A stretch of 64,000 nucleotides of DNA from contig NZ_JAAHHD010000019.1 in NCBI RefSeq assembly GCF_010672205.1, forward strand, positions 31,963-95,962, given 5' to 3'. Positions 29,348-39,848 of this stretch are shown here, one piece after another (position 1 is the stretch's first letter; the number at the start of each line of letters is the position of its first letter). The stretch comes from Moorena sp. SIO3A5 (lineage in GTDB: Bacteria > Cyanobacteriota > Cyanobacteriia > Cyanobacteriales > Coleofasciculaceae). The position numbers and the translations under genes were made by a program. Below the pieces are notes generated by a model. That model searched no databases and was not told the DNA's origin. It saw only the letters and a program-made list of their open reading frames with translations.

Positions 29348-32300
29348 TTAAAGATCCAGCTGCTGCTGGGCTAGGTGGTAGTACAGACCTTTCTCAGCCA
29401 TGAGTTCGGAGTGGGTACCGCGCTCTGCGATCAGACCTTGGTCGAGGACCAGTATAGAGTCGGCATTGCGCACCGTAGAAAGACGGTGGGCAATGATGAA
29501 GGTAGTGCGATCGCGACTAATGCGAGCTAAATTTTGTTGAAAACGTCGCTCGGATTCTGTATCTAGGGAGCTAGTCGCTTCATCGAGAATCAGAATCTTG
29601 GGGTTACCCAGCAAGGCTCGGGCGATCGCAATCCGTTGCCGTTGTCCCCCAGACAGGTTAGACCCTCGCTCCCCAACCTTGGTGTTGTATCCCAGGGGCA
29701 GGTTTTGAATAAACACATGAGCTTCAGCCAATTTGGCAACTTCTACCCCTTGTTCGAGGCTATACTCAGGTTTGTATAAGGTGATGTTCTCTAAAATCGT
29801 CCCTGAAAACAAAAAGCATTCTTGAGGTACCACACCTAATTGAGAGCGCAAAGACTGGGGAGAAACATGTCGGATGTCGTGGCTATCAATCAAAATACGG
29901 CCTGTAGTTGGGTGATAGAGTCCTTGGAGCAGCTTGACCAAGGTACTTTTGCCCGAGCCACTGCGTCCGACAATGGCTATGGTCTTTCCAGGGGCAACCT
30001 CGAAGGAAATGTTTTGAAGGGTGTATTGTTCATCATCCTCACTATAGCGAAAGCTGACATTGTCAAACTGGACATGCCCCGCGATCGCAGGCAATGGCAT
30101 CAGGGGTTTTTGGGTATTCTCTTCTGGCTGGGTGGTCAAGACATCATCGAGCCGTTCCACCGATACCAAGATTTCCTGGAACTCATCCCAAAGTCCCACC
30201 AAAGACAAAATCGGGCTAATCACCCGACCAATGAGCATATTGAATGCCACAAATTGACCAATCGTGAGCTGTTCCTGAATTACCAGACTTGCCCCGAACC
30301 ACAGTAAAGCCGTGCCGCTGAGGTTATTAATCAACCCACTGACTGACCCTAAGCCGTTGGCCAAGTTCTGTCCTTTGAATACCATATTCAACTGACCCGT
30401 GAGGCGGTCTTCCCAGCGCCAGCGCACCTCTTGTTCAGAGGCTGCTGCTTTGACAGTTGCTACTCCCGACATCATTTCTACTAACAGGGAGTTTTGTGCT
30501 GCTGTTTCTTTAAAGATTTCCCTGGACACTTGGCGTAGAAATGGACTGGCAACTATGGTCAAAATCGCAATCGGTACAATCGTTGCCAGGACCAGCAAGG
30601 TTAGGTGCCAGTTGTAGTAGAGCATCAGCCCCACATAGACAAACATCATTACCACATCCAGCCAAGTAGCAATGGCTTGCTGAGTCAGGAACGCCTGAAT
30701 TTTCCCAGTTTCCTGGACTCGGGTCAGGATGTCCCCCACCTGGCGGGATTCAAAAAACTTCAGGGGTAGTGTGAGGGTATGCTTAATAAAACCACTGACA
30801 AAGGTAAGACTGAGTCGATTGGAAAAGTAATCCAGCAGGTAGCGTCTGGTGACACTCAAGCCTATGCTCCAAAGGCCAAAGATGACTAGACCAATTGCAA
30901 ACACATTGAGGGTAACAACACTTTTGTTAACCACCACCCGATCCAAAATGATTTGGGTAAACAGGGGGGTAATCAGACCAAAAACCTGGAGCAGTAGGGA
31001 AGCTAGGATAATTTGCAACAGGACTATGCGATGGGGCCATAGCAATCCCCAAAAGCGATTCAGAGAAATCTTTTGATTGGGAGTCCCTGCTAGCTGGGGA
31101 GTAGGATTCAACAGCAGCGCATATCCTGTCCAACCCTCTAGAAATTGTTGTCGAGAAAGCGTCCGCTTTCCCACAGCTGGATCCGCAACAAGTACCTTCT
31201 CCCCTTTGACCGAATAGACAACTATATAATGATCACCTTGCCAGTGAGCAATCCAGGGGTTACTCCGATCCGCTAGGCGAGCTAAAGACGCTCTAACTGG
31301 AGTAGCTTGAAATCCCAAGGTTTCTGATGCTCTGGCTAACCCTTTCAGGGATGACCCAGAACGCCCCACCCCTGCCAGATTCCGTAGGGAATTCAAGCTA
31401 AATCGTTTGCCCCAGTAGCGTCCAATCATTGCCAAGCAAGCAGCGCCACAATCTGAAGAGGATTGCTGTTCAATGAAGGGATAGCGTTGCCACAACCCCT
31501 GAATAAAAGGTCGCTTCGTCGGTACGGGAAATGGTATCAGTTTAGACTCAGCCTGGGTCGAGTTACTTTGTGTTTCAGCATTTCCATTGGTAGGGAGGTT
31601 GGATGGAATTAGCGGTACTCTGTGACCGGGCTGAGTACGGACTGGGTGGACTATGGCGCTAGTCGCCCCTGATTTCTGGTGTCCATTTTCAGAGGTTTGA
31701 CCCGTCTGTGGACTCAACTTTGCCAGCACCGGTGCCATCATTTGGGCAGTTTCCCAATGTTCCTTTGGTAGATGGGTTACCCATAAATCGCTTTGAGCAA
31801 TCCAATCTTCCGGCACTGGCTGAGGATAGCCCCAACTTTCGCCCCTTGCAATAGTTAGTGGGCAATTCTGTTGAACTCCGCCCCTTTCAATCTGACCACT
31901 ACGTAGCCAGTAACGACCAACTTGGCCAGACTTAACTAAGGACTCCCCAGCGGAAATCCGTGTGTCTACCAGGTAGGGCAACAATTGCTGTAGAGTGATG
32001 CTGTCAAGCGATCGCAATGCTGTTAAGGTCTTGAAGAAAATCAAGCGTTGCCGGTGCTGAGCTTGTTGCTGTAGGTGTTCGAGCCACTCCGGTAGCTGTT
32101 CTAACCAAGGTTGCAGTTCAGCTAAGGACATCCGAGCAATCTGTCCTGAACTCGCTGCGATCGCTTGGTAAGGATAAGATAGGTTGCACAACAGTTCCTC
32201 AGCCCCAAAGGTTGCCCCCTCTTCAAGAACCTGTACGGATACGTCCCGCTGTTTTTCACCATCAAAGCTTAGCAGCCGCACCCGCCCGCAACAGACCACG

Positions 32301-32560
32301 TAAAAATACTTATTTGGTTCATTTTGAACATAATTTTGGCTTAACTCCCGTCTAGGATAGGGTATAATTTCATCACCTAGATCAAAGTTATGAATTTGGA
32401 AGGATTGACTAAATTCTGGTAATAGTGTATTTGATAGGGTCTTATCCAACCAGTTCGCGATTAGGTGTTCAATAACCTCGGAAGATTTCTGGGTCGGGTA
32501 TTGGCCAAGGGAATCTGGTGGTTGCCCTGATTTTTCTAAACCGACCGTTTTCTGATGCAT
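29348..32560 (-). CDS. HetC-like peptidase-containing ABC transporter (PCAT) with two N-terminal cyclic-nucleotide-binding-like domains, a C39 peptidase, ABC TMD and NBD
   Basis: C39 catalytic-Cys context SSDCGAACLAMIGRYWGKRF. The Walker A motif GRSGSGKST, the ABC signature LSGGQRQR and the Walker B motif ILILDEATS are present. N-terminal cNMP-binding-like repeats are present. Confidence 0.85.
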   Translation of the reverse strand: MHQKTVGLEKSGQPPDSLGQYPTQKSSEVIEHLIANWLDKTLSNTLLPEFSQSFQIHNFDLGDEIIPYPRRELSQNYVQNEPNKYFYVVCCGRVRLLSFDGEKQRDVSVQVLEEGATFGAEELLCNLSYPYQAIAASSGQIARMSLAELQPWLEQLPEWLEHLQQQAQHRQRLIFFKTLTALRSLDSITLQQLLPYLVDTRISAGESLVKSGQVGRYWLRSGQIERGGVQQNCPLTIARGESWGYPQPVPEDWIAQSDLWVTHLPKEHWETAQMMAPVLAKLSPQTGQTSENGHQKSGATSAIVHPVRTQPGHRVPLIPSNLPTNGNAETQSNSTQAESKLIPFPVPTKRPFIQGLWQRYPFIEQQSSSDCGAACLAMIGRYWGKRFSLNSLRNLAGVGRSGSSLKGLARASETLGFQATPVRASLARLADRSNPWIAHWQGDHYIVVYSVKGEKVLVADPAVGKRTLSRQQFLEGWTGYALLLNPTPQLAGTPNQKISLNRFWGLLWPHRIVLLQIILASLLLQVFGLITPLFTQIILDRVVVNKSVVTLNVFAIGLVIFGLWSIGLSVTRRYLLDYFSNRLSLTFVSGFIKHTLTLPLKFFESRQVGDILTRVQETGKIQAFLTQQAIATWLDVVMMFVYVGLMLYYNWHLTLLVLATIVPIAILTIVASPFLRQVSREIFKETAAQNSLLVEMMSGVATVKAAASEQEVRWRWEDRLTGQLNMVFKGQNLANGLGSVSGLINNLSGTALLWFGASLVIQEQLTIGQFVAFNMLIGRVISPILSLVGLWDEFQEILVSVERLDDVLTTQPEENTQKPLMPLPAIAGHVQFDNVSFRYSEDDEQYTLQNISFEVAPGKTIAIVGRSGSGKSTLVKLLQGLYHPTTGRILIDSHDIRHVSPQSLRSQLGVVPQECFLFSGTILENITLYKPEYSLEQGVEVAKLAEAHVFIQNLPLGYNTKVGERGSNLSGGQRQRIAIARALLGNPKILILDEATSSLDTESERRFQQNLARISRDRTTFIIAHRLSTVRNADSILVLDQGLIAERGTHSELMAEKGLYYHLAQQQLDL

Positions 32561-34204
32561 TAGGTAGAACCCCTTCTTTAGTTAGTTTTACCTTGTATTG
32601 ACTAGCGCCATGGTTAGGTGGAGTCTTCGGATCCATTTGATTGGCACCAGTATTGATTGTTCAAACAGTACTCTGGGTAGTCACATAGACTCTGGTCTCC
32701 CTTTTTCCCTAGTGATAGTCCCAGTAGTGTTCCCTGGGGTTGAATTAGGATTTGACTTAGGAGTACTGTGGCATTCAACAACTGTTTGCCGTTTGATGCC
32801 ACCTAAGCAATCCCAGCTAATCGAGGTAATAAGTAATAATTTGATGTTCACCCTTGCTCCGGGAGGCTGATCGCCCTTTTTTAGGTAACTTCATGAAAAG
32901 CTTGTGAAATTAATTATGAGTTTTTTCCCCTGAAAACTCAATATACTTACATATTTCTTAAAACTTCAAATCTTTTCTACATATTCCTTACCAGTAACCC
33001 CAAGGACAATCTCCGGAATCATCCTATGTGAAGTTAATCGGCGCTGTCAAGTTGTTTTCACGATCAATTCACGGTTTTGACAATAGCTTAAATAAAAGTT
33101 TATCAAATCTTATTGAAGTTAAGTGGCCAGATTGAAGTTAACCAGCTAGATAGAGTTGTCAAGTTTTCATAACATTTTCACTAAACTAACTATTCATATA
33201 ATCAGTTTAGTAGTTATCAATAGTTTCACAATTACTTTACTTTCTCTTGATAAAATCTTGTTATAAACTTTAAACAAAATTCACAAGTACAGCAATGTCT
33301 CAGCTCCTAGAGAAGCTTTGTGATCCCTGATAGTGTGATCCGGTTTGTCAATTACCCTAGGGGTTATACCCCTCAATAATTCGCCAACTTAAATTCGCCA
33401 GCTTACAGACCACCATACTCCCTATCTGGTCGTCATATCATCGACCCTTAAATACTAATGATTAAAACTGATCGGGAGATGGGGAGAAGTAAGGGGAAGC
33501 AAAAACGCGGATATTGTTAATCATCACTCATCCTCAGGACTTGAGATCAATTAATCAACAGTTAACTTACCTATTTTTATGGCTCTTCCGTACTTGTTAT
33601 GCTAAATTAACACTTTGCCAAAGGGACTGAGGCCGTAGGCCACGCGGGGCGCGTTCGGAGCAGGGACTTCGGAGCAGGAGGAAGAGGCAGCTATATGGGA
33701 AAAATTTATGGTTAAATAGCCTCATAACCCTTACACAGTAAGCTTTTCGGGGGGGGGTAAACTATAAATTTAGCATAGTAGGTACTGAAGAACCGAAACT
33801 ATTGAGTTAATATCTCTTTTAAAGAAAAAACAAGCAACTAATTTTTGTAACTATCTAGAAAGTCATCGAACTCGAATTATTAATTATAGTTACTATAAAC
33901 TTCAGGAAATTTGCTCCATTGCCTGGGATCGTGTATGAATCTACAGTAAAGCAAATTGATCGAAGACTAAAAATTTCTGGGCGAGAGTGGAACTCGGAAA
34001 ATGTTCCTCAAGTTCTTAAACATAGATGTGCTGATCTAAACAACTGTCTTTAGTGGCAGTCAAAAAGTGGCAGTCAAAAAGTAATTAAAATTCCTACCGC
34101 CTGTTTATTTTGAGGCTGGCTATTTGGGTCGCTCTCCCCTGTTTTTTGGGTTGCTCCCCCATGTTTATTTTGAGACTGGAGTTGTACTATTATATGCATT
34201 AGAT

Positions 34205-34315
34205 TTTGGTAAGCATTCAGCAGTCAGCCGTCAGCCGTTGGCCACAGACCCAAAGCTGATAGCACCTCAAGTAGCGTGGTCACAGGCCCAAACCTGATAG
34301 CTAAATGCTTACTCA
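34205..34315. repeat. STRR-island remnant (gtaagcattcagcagtcagccgtcagccgttggcc ... tagcacctcaagtagcgtg ... ctaaatgcttac)
   Basis: Homologous to the 59023-59395 element (shared tagcacctcaagtagcgtg core and terminal inverted repeats). Confidence 0.7.
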
Positions 34316-34431
34316 AGACAAGGTCAAAAACGGTAATTATTTTGTATAATTGATTTAGAAATGCTATAGGTAAACTACTTACTATAAGAAGCATAGCAAG
34401 AGGATGAACTTCTGCTATAAATTCTGCCACT

Positions 34432-34566
34432 CTAGTCTCTTTTGACAGTAACCTCTTGAATAATGGTTGCTTCATCCCCAGAGGCAGTTGCTGTACTTTC
34501 GGCTTGGACTACAACCGTACCATCTGCTGAAACTATCCATTTTCTGATTGTCTGGGAACGTCTCAT
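34432..34566 (-). CDS. small conserved peptide (44 aa), paralog of 21966-22181
   Basis: MRRSQTIRKWIVSADGTVVVQAESTATASGDEATIIQEVTVKRD. It is not in the >=60-aa ORF track and was found by aligning the two loci. Confidence 0.45.
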   Translation of the reverse strand: MRRSQTIRKWIVSADGTVVVQAESTATASGDEATIIQEVTVKRD

Positions 34567-34689
34567 GGTTACATCACTCTAGTTAGTAATTTTCGTTAGT
34601 TATTTTAGTTATGAGGTAAATTAAATTTACTTACCCCTGCTCTCTGCTCCGAAGCTCCCTGCTCTCTAAAACCATTAATAGCATTGGGA

Positions 34690-35448
34690 TTATTCCCCAG
34701 TATTGATGGTACTAATTTCACTATGGATCATATAGTTAACTTCACTATTGAGCCACTCTTGAAACATACTCTGTAAAATTTCTTTAGACTTTTCTTCGGT
34801 TAATTCAGCTGGAATAAATTCTTCAACTAAGAAAAGATGATATCCTTGTTCGGTTTGCAGGGGATGAGTCACTTCTCCTGGCTGAACACTAAAGATAAGG
34901 GCAGCTATCTCAGGCTTAAAACTCCAACGAGGCAACTTTCCTTCATAGCCACACCGTCGCTGCCTTTCTGGGTCTATATCATAGAAATGAGCAGCTTCAT
35001 AAAAACTGATTTCTCCTTCCTCAATCTGATAGAAAAGCTCCTGAGCAATTTCCTCAGAATCCACCAGAATTTGATAAACCAAAACTTGCTCAAAGTCCAG
35101 TCGATTTTGAGCAAAGCTTTTTTCCACATCTTTATAAAATAAGGACTCAGCAAGCTTTTGGGCAAGCAAGCGATCGCTAATTCCCGCTTCCCAATCCTCT
35201 GCTGTCACCATCTGATCTGCCAGCCAGGCCAATGTTTCTGCTGCCTTTTCCAAACGATTGGCATAACGGATCTCATCCGCCTGAGCTTGCACGTCTTCTG
35301 GTGTGACTGTTATCCCTCTTTCTTGAGCCGCTTTATTGATAACTCGTTGATACAAAACTTTTTGACAGATGCCCTTCAGATGCATCTCCTTTTTCAAGGA
35401 GTACATAATTTCCTCTGGAGTCACCGATGCTTTGGAAAGGTCAACCAT
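34690..35448 (-). CDS. parvulin-type PPIase-like protein (paralog 2)
   Basis: Same architecture as 22379-23161; GYHLFLVEEF parvulin motif. Confidence 0.65.
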   Translation of the reverse strand: MVDLSKASVTPEEIMYSLKKEMHLKGICQKVLYQRVINKAAQERGITVTPEDVQAQADEIRYANRLEKAAETLAWLADQMVTAEDWEAGISDRLLAQKLAESLFYKDVEKSFAQNRLDFEQVLVYQILVDSEEIAQELFYQIEEGEISFYEAAHFYDIDPERQRRCGYEGKLPRWSFKPEIAALIFSVQPGEVTHPLQTEQGYHLFLVEEFIPAELTEEKSKEILQSMFQEWLNSEVNYMIHSEISTINTGE

Positions 35449-35694
35449 TACACCCGATTATGAACTATAACTGGAACTACTTACAGTCTTGGTCAGAGTC
35501 AGCTGAGTTAACTGTCTGACTCTTATCATCATACAAAAAGCAATTCCTAAATTTTGCCAATTTGCCAAATTGAGGGCGGAGTATTTGCCAGCAAAAATCA
35601 AAGTTGAGACTTATCCCTCAATCAAAACACCTCGCCCCTCAATCCCCGTTTTGAAGCCAGCACACAGAAACTAGATTTTATTAAGCTGATAGCT

Positions 35695-35991
35695 TTAGAA
35701 GTATCTGCTAAAAAAGTTAGTCCTCGTGAAAAAAGCTTCCTGAATATCAGGTACTGAGAAGTTATCAGTACCAGCCCTAGCTTCAACAATACCCGCAGTG
35801 TTTGTGGCTTTATTAGCAGATGCTTGCACTGCACTCGTAGCCATGTTTCCCTTAGGATCCATGCTCATGGCATTACTCATAGTACTTGCTGCCTCAGAAT
35901 TTACTTCCGATACAGATATAATTGCAGAATGACTACCGTTCATGGTTGTAAATGAGCCAGGTAACTCCCATAACCGAAAGTGATCAAACAT
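35695..35991 (-). CDS. hypothetical small protein (Ala/Ser/Thr/Asn-rich). It may be a divergent member of the exported-protein array; no clear GG leader
   Basis: The ORF sits in the precursor array on the same strand. The composition (ATSAVQASANKATNTAGIVEARAGTDN) resembles the cores of the neighbours, but the leader motif is absent. Confidence 0.25.
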   Translation of the reverse strand: MFDHFRLWELPGSFTTMNGSHSAIISVSEVNSEAASTMSNAMSMDPKGNMATSAVQASANKATNTAGIVEARAGTDNFSVPDIQEAFFTRTNFFSRYF

Positions 35992-36275
35992 AATCGTTAA
36001 ACTCCTTTGTTACTAATGGAACGAGTTAAAAACATTTTAATTATTGAAAAATTCACTAATTTTTTTGCATAAATCGGGAACTTCGGATCAGGAATATTCG
36101 GATCGGGTAACTTGGAATCAGTGGACGATAATTGACAAAAACATTATCAGAAAAGCGATGGAGCCCTTAAAACCCTTGTTACTATTGCTAGCTTACCTAT
36201 TGCTAGCTTGCCTATTGCCTTAAAAGGATAAGCAAAGTACCTCACCGAATTGATAACTGCTATATATTTGTTGAG

Positions 36276-36563
36276 TTATCCAATCAAACGATAAATCCCA
36301 AAGGGATCATGGACAGAATAACCCCAGTAATGACGATCCCTAGCCCTAGCCTCAGCTTTTGCCCTAGCTTCAGAAAAGAACTCGTCTACATGGATAAAGC
36401 TTTCTACGGAAGTATCGGTATGCTGAGCTAACGCATCGGCCTGAGCATTAGTGGCACCAATGCCAGGACCAGCGAAGGCTTCAGCAGTAGTAAAAACAAA
36501 ACCACCTAAAATAGGGTGGTCTGTTGCCTGTAGCTCAAAATATTCTAATTGAGCAATTTTCAT
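36276..36563 (-). CDS. double-glycine leader precursor protein P3 (leader MKIAQLEYFELQATDHPILGG)
   Basis: GG at residues 20-21 with Leu/Glu/Ile spacing approximating the class-II leader consensus. The core has the GATNAQADALAQHTDTS segment similar to the other cores. Confidence 0.45.
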   Translation of the reverse strand: MKIAQLEYFELQATDHPILGGFVFTTAEAFAGPGIGATNAQADALAQHTDTSVESFIHVDEFFSEARAKAEARARDRHYWGYSVHDPFGIYRLIG

Positions 36564-36780
36564 GAATGATTCTCCTGGTCAAATTAGGTAATAGTTAATT
36601 GTGATCGGGAGCATCTAAAAGCAACTAAATATAAAAGCAACTAAAAATGATAAATTGGGAGCACCGTTTTCTGTAAGTACCGAGCAAGATGCTCCCACTA
36701 CCAATTACGTCCTTATTTTACTAACCACAAGCAAAATGCTTCCACTACCAATTCACAAAAATGGGATGCTCCCATTGTGA

Positions 36781-36835
36781 TTAATGCTGCGGAAAGATGT
36801 TACTGATTTTTGCTTCATCTTTCCGCAGCATTGAT
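36781..36835 (-). terminator. 17-bp-stem hairpin immediately 3' of P4 (aatgctgcggaaagatg...catctttccgcagcatt)
   Basis: A perfect inverted repeat read directly. No clear U-tract, so its function as a terminator is uncertain. Confidence 0.3.
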
Positions 36836-36868
36836 AGCCTTAAGTCTCAAGGATTACTCTAAGCCGTT

Positions 36869-37156
36869 TTAGTAATAATGCTTCTTATTCTTAGAAGAAC
36901 TAACAGATATTGTACTTAGGGTAGATTGAGAACCATGCTCAGTAGTGGTAGTACTGCCAGTGACGTTAGTGAAGGTCTTCTCACCAAAGGCTTGTGCGCG
37001 GCCATCAATCGTAGCTACGTTCTCTTCAATGTCAATACCGACGTTGATAAATTTGTTAAATCCGAAAGGGAAGTAAGGTTGGTAGTAGCCATATCCACCC
37101 ACAACTTTGGGGTCTTCAGCAATAGTTTCTAAATGATTTAGATCAGAAATAATCAT
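36869..37156 (-). CDS. double-glycine leader precursor protein P4 (leader MIISDLNHLETIAEDPKVVGG)
   Basis: Conserved ISDLNHLE leader and GG at positions 20-21; 74-aa core rich in Tyr/Phe/Gly then Ser/Thr. Confidence 0.6.
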   Translation of the reverse strand: MIISDLNHLETIAEDPKVVGGYGYYQPYFPFGFNKFINVGIDIEENVATIDGRAQAFGEKTFTNVTGSTTTTEHGSQSTLSTISVSSSKNKKHYY

Positions 37157-37444
37157 TATTTATTTCTCTCCTTTTTGTTTTTTAATAAAACTGCTTGTTT
37201 GACACTTCAATTAAACTATCAAAGTTCAAAATGTTTGTCTCGCTAATTTGGCAATTAACCTATTGAGTTCCGGTTTGATATAACTACTGATACTTTAGTA
37301 TTTTGAAGTCATCAAAATGAATGAATTACACCTAAAAATGAGTGCAATAATCTTGATATAGAATTGAATTTAATGCATTATATTAGGATATGAATACACC
37401 CAGGTTTACAAATTACTTAATCACAAAAAGTTCCTGATTAAGTA

Positions 37445-37777
37445 CTAACGGCTGATAGCAGAGAAGCCAATACCTACAGACTTGGAACCAGTTACTCCAC
37501 CTTGCTCAATAGTGATGAAGACGCTTTCTTGCTTAGTAGCAACGTTATTACCTTTATCGCTAGAAGCTTCAGATGTAACACCACCTGAAGCGGTAATACC
37601 ATTAATGTCTACACGAGAGATAATGCTGGTATTGAAAACTTCAGTTTCGGTGATGGTGCTGGTGGTGTTGAAAACGCTGGTGACATTGTTGTTGAATGTG
37701 ATTCCAGCAATAGTAGTACCACCTTGAACTTGGCTAGCGTCAACGGATTCTAGATGGTTTAGATCAGAAATAAGCAT
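37445..37777 (-). CDS. double-glycine leader precursor protein P5 (leader MLISDLNHLESVDASQVQGG; Thr/Ser/Asn/Gly/Ile-rich 90-aa core)
   Basis: First of three tandem paralogs about 90% identical (P5/P6/P7). The leader fits the class-II double-glycine consensus (L-15, L-12, E/D-8, V-4, GG). Confidence 0.65.
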   Translation of the reverse strand: MLISDLNHLESVDASQVQGGTTIAGITFNNNVTSVFNTTSTITETEVFNTSIISRVDINGITASGGVTSEASSDKGNNVATKQESVFITIEQGGVTGSKSVGIGFSAISR

Positions 37778-37981
37778 TGATTTTCTCCTTTTTTATTGTT
37801 AATAATGGGCAAACCCATCTAAATTATAGAAACGTTACTCAGAAAAGATTTCAAACTTAATAAGTTAAAATACTTATCATATGAATCTCATATCCAGTAG
37901 GCATTTCAAAATAAGATGCGTTTACCCTGAATAATGAATCGAGGTTTACAAATTACTTAATTAGTAACTTGTCCTGATTAA

Positions 37982-38317
37982 TTAATGACGGCTGATTCCA
38001 GAGAAGCCAATACCTACGGACTTGGAACCAGTTACTCCACCTTGCTCAATAGTGATGAAGACGCTTTCTTGCTTAGTAGCAACGTTATTACCTGCATCGC
38101 TAGAACCTTCAGATGTAGTACCACCTGAAGCGGTAATACCATTAATGTCTACGCTAGAGGTAATGCTGGTATCGAAAACTTCAGTTTCGGTGATGGTGCT
38201 GGTGGTGTTGAAAACGCTGGTGACATTGTTGTTGAATGTGATTCCAGCAATAGTAGTACCACCTTGAACTTGGCTAGCCTCAACGGATTCTAGATGATTT
38301 AAGTCAGAAATAAGCAT
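37982..38317 (-). CDS. double-glycine leader precursor protein P6
   Basis: MLISDLNHLESVEASQVQGG leader; paralog of P5 and P7. Confidence 0.65.
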   Translation of the reverse strand: MLISDLNHLESVEASQVQGGTTIAGITFNNNVTSVFNTTSTITETEVFDTSITSSVDINGITASGGTTSEGSSDAGNNVATKQESVFITIEQGGVTGSKSVGIGFSGISRH

Positions 38318-38395
38318 TGATTTTCTCCTTGTTGGTTGTTGATGATGAATCGAGGTTTAGAAACTAATTAATCAGAAACTTTTCGTGATTAATTA

Positions 38396-38728
38396 CTAAC
38401 GGCTGATTCCAGAGAAGCCAAGACCTACAGACTTGGAACCAGTTACGCCACCTTGCTCAATAGTGATGAAGACGCTTTCTTGCTTAGTAGCAACGTTATT
38501 ACCTTGATCGCTAGAACCTTCAGATGTAGTACCACCTGAAGCGGTAATACCATTAATGTCTACGCTAGAAGTAATGCTGGTATTGAAAACTTCAGTTTCG
38601 GTGATGGTGCTGGTGGTGTTGAAAACGCTGGTGACATTGTTGTCGAATTGGATTCCAGCAATAGTAGTACCACCTTGAACTTGGCTAGCCTCAACGGATT
38701 CTAGATGGTTTAAGTCAGAAATAAGCAT
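38396..38728 (-). CDS. double-glycine leader precursor protein P7
   Basis: MLISDLNHLESVEASQVQGG leader; paralog of P5 and P6. Confidence 0.65.
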   Translation of the reverse strand: MLISDLNHLESVEASQVQGGTTIAGIQFDNNVTSVFNTTSTITETEVFNTSITSSVDINGITASGGTTSEGSSDQGNNVATKQESVFITIEQGGVTGSKSVGLGFSGISR

Positions 38729-38854
38729 TGATTTTCTCCTTCTTTGTTGTTGATTTTATTTCTGTGGAGCAGCTTTGTTTTAGCTGTTGATATAACTATA
38801 TCCATATTCCCCTAGGCATGTCTCGCCAATTTGGCTTCAAGCTTTTATTTTTTG

Positions 38855-39215
38855 AAAATCACTGGATTTACTAAAAGGATGTAGTCAGCAGTAACCAATT
38901 CTGGATTAGTTCAAATAGATTGGTAATATTTCTGGGGTTTTAGTCAAGTAAATTCTTAGGAATAAACTGGTCATTATATCTAATATAAAAAAAAATGAAC
39001 GCCACTTTGGCTTGAGATTGATGCTTGACTCCTCCCACAACTAAAGAGTGACTAGTAACCGATTCTGAATTAGTTCAAAGAGATGGGTAAGGTTGATGGG
39101 GTTTTAGTGAAGTAAATTATTAGTAATGAACCGGTTATTATATCAAATCTAATTAAAAATATGAACGCCACTTTGGCTTGAGATTGATGGTTGAATCCTC
39201 CCACAACTAAAGTAA
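38855..39215. repeat. two tandem ~180-bp repeats upstream of P7, each containing gaacgccactttggcttgagattgatg. The GCCAATTTGGC inverted repeat lies just downstream at 38815-38845
   Basis: Read directly. Confidence 0.75.
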
Positions 39216-39687
39216 GTGCTAAAGTCCGTGCTATGTCCAGTCATTAGTTAATAGCAAAGGGAACAGCGGATCACCGGAACAGGGAGCAGGGAGCAGGGAG
39301 TGTGGGAAGTGTGAGGAGAGGGGGCGTGTGGGGAGATCGGGAGATGGGGAGATGGGGAGATGGGGAGATGAAATTAATAATGTGTAGCCGTGTGAGCGCT
39401 AAGAATTGGTATAACCTGAGTTCGATATAAGCGATCGCTTGAGGAAAGACTAAGGAATACAAGGGTTGGGCAACTAGGCTAGATTAAGGCTTTCAGGGTT
39501 ACGTCGAACTTAGGTTAACTAGGGATTAGCCACGCTTAAACCCTTAGATTAGGCCCGCTTAACCATTAACCGTGCCACCTAGCCCTCACCCTCAAAACTA
39601 AATTGACAGAGTACTAGGGCTGTTTTTACTAGGGCTGTTTCATTCCGGTCTGTGATCAGATAAAAAAACGCCTCGTCCATCAACAGG

Positions 39688-39735
39688 TGCGACCCGTGGC
39701 GAATTTAATTCGCCAACGAAAAGCGCACCTAATGG
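39688..39735. repeat. 41-bp palindromic dispersed element (ggtgcgacccgtggcgaatttaattcgcca...gcgcacc)
   Basis: Related copies or half-copies at 6718-6752, 26300-26345 and 60418-60460. Confidence 0.7.
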
Positions 39736-39848
39736 ACAAGGCGGTTATTAATGAATTACTTTGACCACAGGCTTAGTCTGATCTGGTGTGGTGGTAAGCA
39801 GTGGCTGGTAATGACAAGGAGGATGGGTAGGAAAATGATTATACCTGC

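Noticed and set aside
34224-34475. 83-aa ORF on the minus strand
   Set aside because: It overlaps, in another frame, the conserved 44-aa peptide (34432-34566) that is supported by paralogy. It has no conservation itself.
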